Shown here: one piece after another, positions 51,380 through 61,746 of the stretch
Layout: every line of letters starts with the position of its first letter
Numbering within the stretch: the stretch's first letter is position 1
Origin: Squalus acanthias
Taxonomy: Eukaryota
NCBI GenBank assembly: GCA_030390025.1
Contig: CM059432.1
Span: 67,334,001 to 67,398,000, forward strand
Reading direction: 5' to 3'
Length of the DNA: 64,000 nt
Made by a program: the position numbers and the translations under genes
The notes under the pieces: generated by a model
The model's input: only the letters and a program-made list of their open reading frames with translations
Databases searched by the model: none
Told to the model about the DNA's origin: nothing

Positions 51380-52095
51380 GGGCCAGAAATTCGGCTCTCC
51401 GGCTTCCCACGGGTGCAAGGATCGCGCGCGTACTTACCTAGCGCGCCTGCCGCTGTGCTTCGGGCCCACGTGGAATTTGGCTCCTGGGCCTCCTGCAGCT
51501 GCCGGCGCGCAGTGCTTGCGTATCCCAGGGGCGCAGTCAGTTCGAAGCGTCCCCTGGGATCACATGGGCCATGGCGAGCCAGGGAATCTTCATTCATAGA
51601 TTTTGACAGGAAGATCTGTCAAATCTATGAATAGAGATCGGCCCCAAAACCTCACTAAAACTTCAAATAATTTTTTTTTTTTAAATCACATTTTTAAAAT
51701 AACTATAAATGACATAAATTAACTACTTTAAACAAAAATTTTAATTTTGAAAAAATTACTTTAAAGTATGTAAAAAAGATAAACCTGTTGAAAAAATGTT
51801 TAAATTGTACTTAATTCACCACTTACCTTGTTAAAAGCAGGCCTTGCGCCTCCTTTTTTCCTGCGCAGCTTCTCCGTACTTATCCTCATGGAGAAACCTG
51901 AAAAAAAACCGAAGTTCGCTGCATGTGTGCTGCCTCTCCGGCGCACGCGTTCGACCTCTGAACCTCTTCCTTCAGGGGAACGGAAGTTCCGGTTTCCAGT
52001 GCATGCGCAGTGCATGCACAAAACCGACACTTTCGTTGGGTCTATGGGTGAGTACACAGCGCGTACTCACCCGTGGAGACCTGAATTTCTGGCCC
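51380..52095. mobile_element. Non-autonomous Harbinger-type element (family of 12564-13329)
   Basis: TIRs GGGCCAGAAATTC / GAATTTCTGGCCC; TAA duplication if the flanking T/A belong to the TIR. Confidence 0.88.
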
Positions 52096-52824
52096 ATAAA
52101 TGAATAGTCAACATGGATTTCAAAAGAGAAAATCTTACTTGACCAACCTTATTTAATTTTTTGAAGAGGTAACAGAGAGAGTAGACAATGGTAATGCAGT
52201 AGATGTAATTTATCTGGATTTTCAAAAGGCCTTCGATAAGGTACCCCATAATAGACTAATGAACAAGGTCAGAGAATGCAGAGTCAGGGGACATGTCGCA
52301 GAATGGATTGCTGGCTGGCTTCAGGATAGAAAGCAGAGAGTAGGAGTAAAGGGTAGCTATTCACAGTGGCAGAAGGTGGGTAGTGGTGTTCCACAAGGAT
52401 CAGTGCTGGGACCACTGCTGTTCACAATTTACATTAACAATTTAGATTTAGGAATCAAAAACACAATTTCTAAATTTGTGGATGACACCAAATTGGCGGG
52501 GTGGGGGGGGACTAGTTAATACTGAGGAGGACTGCAACAAGTTACATGAGGACATTAATAAACTTGCAGAATGGGCATATAATTGGCAAATGAAGTTCAG
52601 CACAGATAAATGTGAGGTATTACATTTTGGTAGGAAGAATATGGAGGCCACTTATCACTTGGAGGGTACGAGTCTAGGTGGGGTAGAGGAGCAAAGGGAT
52701 CTAAGGGTACAAATACACAAATCACTAAATGTTGCGACGCAGGTTAGCAAGGCCATAAAAAAAGCAAACCAAGCACTGGGGTTTATTTCTAGAGGGTTAG
52801 AATTGAAAAGTAGTGAAGTTATGC

Positions 52825-53840
52825 CCCAGGACATCGCTTCAGGAGTTCCTCAGGGCAGTGTCCTAGGCCCAACCATCTTCAGCTGCTTCATCAATGACCT
52901 TCCCTCCAACATAAGGTCAGAAATGGGGATGTTCGCTGATGACTGCACAGTGTTCAGTGCCATTCACAACTCCTCAGATAATTAAGCTGTCCATGCCCGC
53001 ATGCAACAAGACCTGGACAACATTAAGGCTTGGGCTGATAAGTGGCAGGTAACATTTGCACCACAGAAGTGCCAGGCAATGACTATTTCCAACAAGCGAG
53101 AGTCTAAACACCACCCCTTGACATTCAATGGCATTACCATCACCAAATCCCCCATCATCAACATCCTGGGGGTCACCATTGACCAGAAACTTAACTGGAC
53201 CAGCCACATAAATACTGTGGCAACAAGAGCAGGTCAGAGGCTAGGTATTCTGCGGCGAGTGTCTCACCTCCTAACTCCCCAAAGCCTCTCTACCATCTAC
53301 AAGGCACAAGTAAGGAGTGTGATCGAATACTCACCACTTGCCTGGATGAGTGCAGCTCCAACAATATTCAAGAAGCTCGACACCATCCAGGACAAAGCAG
53401 CCCGCTTGATTGGCACTCCTTCTACCACCTTAAACATTCACTCTCTCCACCACCGGCGTACCGTGGCTGTAGTGTGTACCATCTACAAGATGCACTGCAG
53501 CAACTCGCCAAGGCTTCTTCGGCAGCACCTCCCAAACCCACGACCTCTTCCACCTAGAAAGACAAGAGCAGCAGACACATGGGAACAGCACCACCTCCAA
53601 GTTCCCCTCTAAGTCACACATCATCCTGACTTAGAAGTATATCGCCGATCCTTCATCGTCGCTGGGTCAAAATCCTGGAACTCCCTACCTAACAGCACTG
53701 TGGGAGTACCTTCACCACACAGATTGCAGCGGTTCAAGAAGGCGGCTCACCACCACCTTCTCAAGGGCAATTAGGGATGGGCAATAAATGCTGGCCTTGC
53801 CAGTGACGCCCACATCACATAAAAACGAATTTAAAAAAAA
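52825..53840 (+). mobile_element. Second LINE family, 5'-truncated, inserted in CR1
   Basis: ORF 53001-53612; poly-A end; ATGC present at both junctions. Confidence 0.9.
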
Positions 53841-54271
53841 ATGCTAAACCTGTATCGAACCTTGGTTAGACCACACTTAGAGTACTGCGTACAGTTCTGG
53901 TCACCATATTATAAAAAGGATATAGAGGCACTGGAGAGGGTGCAGAGATTTTTCATAATTTTACAAGGATGATACCAGAACTGCGAGGGTATGCAGATCA
54001 GGAAAGGATGAATAGGCTGGCTCTCTTTTCTCTTGAAAAAAGAAGGCTGAGCGGTGACCTAATAGAGGTCTTTAAAATTATGAAACATTTTGATAGAGTG
54101 GATACAGAGAGAATGTTTCCACTTGTGGGGAAGAGCATAACTAGAGGCCATCAATATAAAGTAGTCACCAAGAAATCAAATAGGGAATTCAGAAGAAACT
54201 TCTTTACCCAAAGAGTGGTGAGAATGTGGAACTCACTATCACAGGGAGTGGTTAAAGTGAATAGTATAGAT

Positions 54272-54549
54272 TGTGGCGGATCACAACCTAAACGGGCGCA
54301 ATCCACTTTTCCATCCGTGGACAATAAATCGGGCACCTTGCCTTTAAGGCGCATGCTGCCTTTAAGGCATGAAAAAAGGAGTGGGCATCGCTCTCAGTGT
54401 GAACTTAAAAAGAGCAGGCGTCGCCCTCCATGAGTAGGGTTTTGCAGAGAGAAGTTGTAGCAGCCATTTTGCCAAGGAGTATGTAATTAAAAGCCATGTG
54501 CTCCACATATTGACTCGGCCTCAATTCGTGCTTCGCGGCAGCCACAATA
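54272..54549 (+). repeat. 5' LTR
   Basis: TGTGGC...GCCACAATA; 15 substitutions versus the 3' LTR by manual count. Confidence 0.95.
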
Positions 54550-54550
54550 T

Positions 54551-54564
54551 TGGTGACCCCGACG
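54551..54564 (+). promoter_or_regulatory. Primer-binding site, tRNA-Trp
   Basis: TGGTGACCCCGACG is complementary to the 3' end of vertebrate tRNA-Trp. Confidence 0.9.
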
Positions 54565-54589
54565 CTCAGAACGTATTCCGAGCACTGCA

Positions 54590-57500
54590 ATGGCGGACAC
54601 GAACGCAGTTTCCGTGAAACTGCCGGAGTTTTGGGAAAACCAGCCCGAAGCCTGGTTCCTCCAAGCCGAGTCCCGATTCCGGCTGCGACACATCACCACA
54701 GATGGGACGAAGTACAACTACCTCGTCACATCACTCGGTAGCTCCACAGTTACGAAGGTCTGGACAGCGCTGCAGAACCCACCAGAGGAGGGCAAGTATG
54801 CACATCTTAAGGCCGCGCTACTTAAAAAATTTACGGCCTCAACATACAAGCGAAACTGCCACCTCCTCGACCTTCCAGGCCTCGGTGATGCCTCACCATC
54901 AGACCTCCTCTCCCACATGCTCTCCCTCACCGACGAGAGCCCGCCCGGATCCTTCTTCCGCACACTGTTCATCCGCCAGCTACCTCTCAGCATCCGCCCA
55001 GCGATCGTGGCGTCCGGCCACACGGACCTGGAAGCCCTGGCCGATGAGGCCGACAAGTTGCTGTCCGCTCACTCCAGCTGCGACGTCACTCCGGACCTGG
55101 CAGCCACTGCCTGGGCGCGCCCCTCACCGGCCACCATGTGGCCACAAGGCCCAGCCACCGGGCTCACGGGGCCTTCGCGCCCCACTAACCCGGGCCACTG
55201 TTACTACCACGCATGGTTCGGCGCCAGGGCACAACGGTGCACACCTCCCTGCTCTTTCAAGTCCGCCCCCGTACCAGCCCCCGTGATGGCCGTGGGCCAC
55301 GCGGGCTCCCTGCTGTACGTCACGGATGACAAAACTGTCCGCCGGTTCCTGTGCGACACTGGAGCTCAGCACAGCATCATCCCGGCCTCCGCCCTCGACA
55401 TCCAAAAGGGCAAACGAGGACCGGCGCTGGCTGCTGCTAACGGCTCGGACATCCGGACGTACGGCACCCGGACAGTCACCCTCTAACTTGCTGGTCGCCG
55501 CTACCGATGGGAGTTCATCACTGCCAAGGTGCTCTCCCCTCTCATCGGCGCAGATTTCCTGTGCGCCCACGACCTACTGGTAGACATCCCTCGACACCGC
55601 CTCGTGGATATGAACATCATGTCCCCCATCCTGGGCGCCATGCCCCCCGTCAACCCGCCGACATGGCGTCACAGTGCCACGCCCGGGCCACGGATGACTA
55701 CTCGGCACTCCTGGCCGAATTCCCGGCCCTTACCAATCCGACCTTCTCCGTGGAGGCCGCCAAACACGGGGTGGAACACTTCATCCCCACCACAGGCCCC
55801 CCAGTGTACGCCCACGTCCGCAGGCTGGACCCGGCCAAACTGGAGATCGCACGGACCGAGTTTGCCACCATGAAACAGCTCGGCATTATCCGCCGCTCCA
55901 ACAGTCCCTGGGCCTCCCCACTCCACATCGCCCCCAAACCAGGCGGGGGTTGGCGCCCCTGCGGGGATTACCGCCGCCTCAACGACGCCACCACCCCTGA
56001 TCGGTACCCCGTGCCGCACATCCAGGAATTCTCGGCTAGACTGGCCGGCCGCTCAGTCTTTTCCAAGGTCGACCTGGTGCGCGGCTACCACCAAGTCCCC
56101 GTCCACCCCGTGGACGTCCCTTAGACGGCCGTAATCACCCCCTTCGGCCTTTTCGAGTTCCTGCGGACGCCCTTCGGCCTCAAAAACGCAGCCCAGGCAT
56201 TCCAACGGCTCATGGACTCGGTCCTTCGGGACCTGAAGTTCCTGTTCGTCTACCTGGACGACATCCTGGTAGCCAGTTCCTCCAAGCAGGAACACCTCGA
56301 ACACCTTCGCATCCTGTTCGGGCGCCTCAGCGACCACAGGCTCATCCTCAGCCCAGCCAAATGCCAGTTCGGCCTGGACAAGATCGACTTCCTCGGCCAC
56401 CACATCACCCATGCTGGCGCCATTCCCCTGCCCACCAAGGTGCAGGCCGTCCAACAATTTCCCCGCCCCACCACCATCAAAGGCCTCCAGGAGTTCCTCG
56501 GGATGGTGAATTTCTATAACCGCTTCATCCCCAAAGCGGCGTCCCTCATGAGGCCCCTGTATGAAGCCCTCCGGGGCAGGAGCGGCAAGATGGCGGTCGA
56601 ATGGACGGCAGACGCATCAGCCGCCTTCAACTCCACCAAGACCGCTCTCGCCAACGCCACCCTGTTCGCGTACCCACGGCCCAATGCCAGGGTAGCGCTC
56701 ACCACGGATGCCTCCGACCACGCGGTCGGCGCCATGTATGAGCAGTGGGTCGACGGCGCCTGGCAACCACTTGCCTTCTTCAGCCGCCAACTACGCCCCC
56801 CAGAGGTCAAGTACAGCACCTTCGACCGCGAGCTCCTCGCGCTGTTCCTGGCGGTCCGCCATTTTCGGTTTTTGCTGGAGGGCCACCCCTTCACTGCGTT
56901 TGTCGACCACAAACCCCTGACATTCGCAATGGCAAAGACAACCGACCCCTGGTCCGCCAGGCAGCAGCACCAGCTCGCGGCAGTGTCCGAGTTCACCACG
57001 GACATCCAACACGTCTCCGGCCGAGACAATGTGGTAGCCGACTGCCTCTCCCGCCCCGCCATCCACGCCGCACATCTGGCAGTCGACTACGCTCAACTCG
57101 CAGCAGACCAGATCACCGACCCTGATCTGCTCTCCGCACCTACCAACCTACCAGGGCTACGCCTGGCCGACGTCGCCTGTGGCCCGACCGCAGTCACGGT
57201 CAAGTGCGACATATCCCTATGTCAACCTCGGCCCGTCGTCCCAGTGTCCTGGCACCGCCGGGAATTCGAGATTCTCCACAACCTCTCCCACCCCGGCGCC
57301 CGCGCATCCATCAAATTGGTAGCCAACCGCTTTGTCTGGCGCGGCCTTCGCAAGGATGTGCGTACTTGGGCCAACTGCTGCCTAGCCTGCCAACGGGCCA
57401 AGGTGCAGCAACACACGAAAGCACCCCTCGAGGAGTTTACCGACCCTTCGCGTAGATTCGACCACATCCACATGGACATCGTCGGGCCCCTGCTGCCGTC

Positions 57501-59392
57501 GCAAGGCCACATGCATAGAAACATACATAGAAACATAGAACAGTACAGCACAGTACAGCCCTCGATGTTGTGCCGAGCATTGTCCGAGACCAAGATCAAG
57601 CTATCACACTCCCTATCACTCTGGTGTGCTCCATGTGCTTATCCAATAACCGCTTGAAAGTTCCTAAAGTGTCCGACTCCACTATCACAGCAGGCAGTCC
57701 ATTCCACACCCCAACCACTCTCTGAGTAAAGAATCTACCTCGGACATCCCTTCTATATCTCCCCCCATGCACCTTATAGTTATGCCCCCTTGTAACAGCT
57801 GCCTCTACCCGAGGAAATAGTCTCTGAACATCCACTCTATCTATCCCCCTCATCATCTTATAAACCTCTATTAAGTCGCCTCTCATCCTCCTCTGCTCTA
57901 AAGAGAAAAGCCCCAACTCCCTCAATCTTTCCTCATAAGACCTCCCCCCCAAACCAGGCAGCATCCTGGTAAATCTCCTTTGCACTCTTTCCAATGCTTC
58001 CACGTCCTTCCTATAGTGAGGTGACCAGAACTGCACACAATATTCCAAATGTGGTCTCACCAAGGTCCTGTACAGTTGCAGCATAACCTCACGGTTCTTA
58101 AACTCAAACCCTCTGTTAATAAACGCCAACACACCATAGGCCTTCTTTACTGCTCTATCCACTTGAGTGGCAACCTTCAGAGATCTGTGGATATGAACCC
58201 CCAGATCCCTCTGCTCCTCCACGTTCCTCAGAACCCTGCCGTTGACCCTGTAATCCTTATTCAAATTTGCCCTACCAAAATGAATCATCTCGCACTTATC
58301 AGGGTTAAATTCCATCTGCCATTTTTCGGCCCAGCTCTGCATCCTATCAATGTCTCTTTGCAGCCTACAACAGCCCTCCACCTCATCTACTGCTCCACCA
58401 ATCTTGGTGTCATCAGCAAATTTACTGATCCACCCTTCAGTCCCCTCCTCCAAGTCATTGATAAAAATCACAAACAGCAGAGGACCCAGCACCGACCCCT
58501 GTGGCACACTGCTGACGATCGTTGACCGCACCATGCGCTGGCCCGAGGCAATTCCACTGACCTCTACCACCACCGCCGACATCGCCAGAGCCTTCGTCAG
58601 CACCTGGGTCGCACGGTTCGGCGCCCCCTCCGACATGACTTCGGACAGAAGTCCGCAATTTACCTCTGAACTCTGGACCGCCATCGCACGCAATCTCGGG
58701 GTGACCATTCACCGCACCACAGCGTACCACCCCCAAGCCAACGGACTGTGTGAGCGGTTCCACAGATCCTTGAAGGCATCTCTTCGAGCCAGCCTCCAGG
58801 ACGGCACCTGGACCGACCGACTCCCGTGGGTCCTCCTCGGCCTGCGCACCGCGGTTAAAGAAGACCTCCATGCATCGGCAGCAGAGCTCGTGTACGGTCA
58901 GCCGCTGCGCGTACCCGGCAAGTTCCTGCCCACTGCCACGACACCCTGGTCAGCCGACCAGCAACGCCACGACTTCGCCTCACCGGCGCTACAGTTCGCC
59001 CTGGTGCCCATTCCTGACACGGTGAATCCACCTCACACGTCCCACTAAGCCTGCACCAGGCATGGTTTATTTTTGTCCGGCACGACGCCCACCGCAGACC
59101 CCTTCAACCCCCGTACGACGGGCCCTACAAGGTGCTACAGGCTGGGGATAAATTTTTCACCCTGCAAGTGGGCGACAGGACCGAAAAAGTGTCGGTTGAC
59201 CGACTCAAGCCAGCACACTCGGTGCCTGGTGAGCAGGTCCCTGTAGCTCGTCCACCGCTACGCGGCCGACCTGCCCTTAAGCCGGTTCACCCGGCTGCTC
59301 CACGCCCGGCCGTTCCACGTCCACCAGCGTCCTACAAGAGCCGCTCCGGCTGGCCCATCAGACCGCCGCACCGTCTCGTCCACACCTCCTAA
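54590..59392 (+). pseudogene. gag-pol polyprotein, disabled (TAA 55484, frameshift near 55670, TAG 56122, CR1 insert, frameshift near 59020)
   Basis: KLPEFW gag, CYYHAWFGARAQRCTPPC, LCDTGA protease, YLDD RT, TDAS RNase H, HHCC and D-D-E integrase, PPYDGPY module. Confidence 0.93.
57514..58509 (-). mobile_element. 5'-truncated CR1 inserted in the integrase gene
   Basis: VPQGSVLGP...stop at 57596, with (TTTCTATG)n tail; splits GPLLPSQGH / LLTIVDR. Confidence 0.93.
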
Positions 59393-59412
59393 GCAGATTC
59401 TGGGGGGAGCTG

Positions 59413-59690
59413 TGTGGCGGATCGCCACCTAAATGGGCGCAATCCACTTTTCTGTCTGTGGACAATAAATCGGGCACCTTGCCTTTAAGGCGCATGCTGC
59501 CTTTAAGGCATGAAAAAAGGAATGGGAATCGCCCTCAGTGTGAACTTAAAAAGAGCGGGTGTCGCCCTCCACGAGTAGGGTTTTGCAGAGAGAAGTTGTA
59601 GCAGCCATTTTGCCAAAGAGTATGTAATTAAAAGCCATGTGCTCCACATATTGATTCGGCCTCAATTCGTGCTTCGCAGCAGCCACAATA
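59413..59690 (+). repeat. 3' LTR, preceded by polypurine tract GGGGGGAG (59402-59409)
   Basis: Direct repeat of 54272-54549; AGAT follows. Confidence 0.95.
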
Positions 59691-59869
59691 AGATGTATTT
59701 AAGGGGAGGCTAGACAAGCAGATGAGGAAGAAGGGAATAGAGAGTTATGCTGATAAGAGTTAGATGAGGAAAGACGGGAGGAGGCTCGAGTGGAGCATAA
59801 ACGCCGGCATGGACTGGGTGGGCCGAATGGCCTGTTTCAGTGCCGTATATCCTATGTAATCCAATGTAA

Positions 59870-60715
59870 AATAAATGAGATGTTAGCTTTAGACAGGCTA
59901 AAAGGGCTCAAAATAAATAACACCCCAGGGGATAGATGGCATTAAGGTGCTGAGGGAGACTACAGAGGAGATTTGTGAGAAATTGACAATCATTAAAAGG
60001 GCGTCCATTGATACTGGGGAAATACCAGTAGATTGGAAACAGGCTAATGTAATGCCTCTTTCAAAAAAGATGACAAAACAGACACAGGCAACTACAGACC
60101 ATTACTTTTATTTAATACTGTGTAAAATAATAGAATCATTTATTGGGAGTAAACTTGAGGATTAGCTGTGAAACAATAACCTAGTAAACAGCACTCAACA
60201 AACTTTCGAGAGGAAGCGACCACCCACGTAAGCTGTGGGAAACCATTTGGTGTGGTGCACCTACGCTTCCAAAGGCATGTGGCAAAGTTCCACATGAAAG
60301 GCTACTAGCTATGCTCAAAGCTATGGGGATTCAGGGTAAATCTTGGGAATGGATAAGAAATTGGCTGAAAAGTAGAAAACAACATGTACTTTATTAGAGG
60401 AGTTATGTCAGGGGGTGGGGTGGGGGGATACTGAACAGGTGGGATACTGAACAGGGTGCCCCAGGGCTCAATGTTCGGACCACTACTGTTTTAATTTTCA
60501 TCCATGACTTGGATTCAGAAAGTCAATTTAAATCAATCAAACATCCAGCTGATACCAATCTGGAAGGCCCAGTGGAATTGAAAGAAACAGCTCAGAAATT
60601 TCAGAATGTGTTGGATGAAGTATGTATGTCGGGAGAACAATGGCAGATGAGGCTTAGTGCTGATAAGTGTACAATATTGCTCATAGACAGAAAAAATGAA
60701 TGGCATATTTACTGT
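59870..60715 (+). mobile_element. Old, degenerate CR1 fragment
   Basis: TGEIPVDWKQANVMP and GVPQG-like remnants. Confidence 0.7.
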
Positions 60716-61180
60716 CTGACTGCAGCAGCTCTCAGATAAGTAATGTCAGGGGTCGGGGTGGGGGGGATGGGTGGTGTGGGTTGAGAGAAGAGGCCGGGTG
60801 GAGGATCAGGGGGTAATGAAAGGAGGACGAGGGAATTGATCGGGCTGTTAGGAGAGGAGGATGAGGGGTCCGAATAAGGGTTGGGAGAGGAGGCTGGGGG
60901 CGAGGCAATTGGAGGTCAGCAGAGGAGGTGGGGGATGAGGATCAGGGGTCAGGAAAGGAGAACGAGTGTGTCAATTGGGGGTTGGATGAGGAGGCTGGGT
61001 GGGGGTGATCAGTGGTTGGGAGAGGAGGCCACTGGTCGGGAGAGGAGACCGGGGTCAGGAGAGAAGGCTGGGGAGGCCAATTGGGGGTCAGGAGTGCAGG
61101 CCGGGTGGGTCAACTGGGGGTTGGGAGCAGTGGCCATCGAAAATCAACACCTGATGCAAGTGGGACAGATAAATAACTAG

Positions 61181-61343
61181 ACCTGAATTTCTGTGGCGGT
61201 TGTCTCGATTCTCCAATGTAACTGCGGCAGGAGATTGGCAGAACCCCCAGAGAAATGGCATGAACAGTTATTTTTAGCTGTTATGCCATTTCTCCAGGGG
61301 TTCCGCTGATCTCCTGCTGGAGAAACTCACGGAAATTCTAGGT
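61181..61343. mobile_element. Palindromic (fold-back) MITE
   Basis: Arms GCAGGAGATTGGCAGAACCCCCAGAGAAATGGCAT / ATGCCATTTCTCCAGGGGTTCCGCTGATCTCCTGC; ends ACCTGAATTTC / GAAATTCTAGGT. Confidence 0.7.
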
Positions 61344-61346
61344 GTA

Positions 61347-61530
61347 ATGGGGATGGGGAGGGAGATAGTCTTCCCTAGTGATGGGAGGAAGATGCCGGCA
61401 GCTGAGACAAAGAAGGCGTGTTTGGAGGTTGCCGAGCAAGGAGGTCAGCAGCAGGAGTGTGGTGCTATGCTCCTGGATCCAATGCAGGAAGCAATGACCT
61501 CAGCAAGCAAGGAAAGGTGTGTATCACTCT
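61347..61530 (+). pseudogene. Harbinger Myb-like exon-1 remnant
   Basis: REIVFPSDGRK...KKACLEVAE resembles exon 1 of the other copies. Confidence 0.55.
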
Positions 61531-61746
61531 AATCCCCACACTCTGCTTTCTCAAGCCTACTCCAGCACATCGCTCCTCACACCAACTTACCTTGCAGGTG
61601 CACCCATCCTTCTCTGTCTATAGAGTTACTGACATCCCCATCTATCCATCCACCACTTTCCTGTCTTGCCCTTTCTTGGTTGCTGGCTGGCAAGAGGCCT
61701 TTGCATTTGTGCAATGATGATGGAAAGACGTGAATTGACGCTGAGC

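Larger units (their letters stand above)
54272..59690 (+). mobile_element. Full-length Ty3/Gypsy LTR retrotransposon, CsRn1-like
   Basis: 278-bp LTRs, 4-bp TSD AGAT, tRNA-Trp PBS, PPT, gag-PR-RT-RH-IN order, CHCC knuckle. Confidence 0.95.
51195..59850 (+). mobile_element. CR1 LINE in four pieces (51195-51379, 52096-52824, 53841-54271, 59691-59850)
   Basis: The pieces rejoin into a colinear ORF2 plus 3' UTR and tail once the three inserts are removed. Confidence 0.88.

Noticed and set aside
55484..55486. TAA as a gag/pol readthrough boundary
   Set aside because: It lies inside the protease domain (after DTG, before IGADFL), so it is most likely a nonsense mutation
57596..58708. 370-aa ORF as a novel RT fusion protein
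   Set aside because: Chance join of antisense integrase sequence to the inserted CR1 RT
60745..61130. G-rich 99-aa ORF / G-quadruplex-like stretch
   Set aside because: Low-complexity purine-rich sequence with no coding or other support
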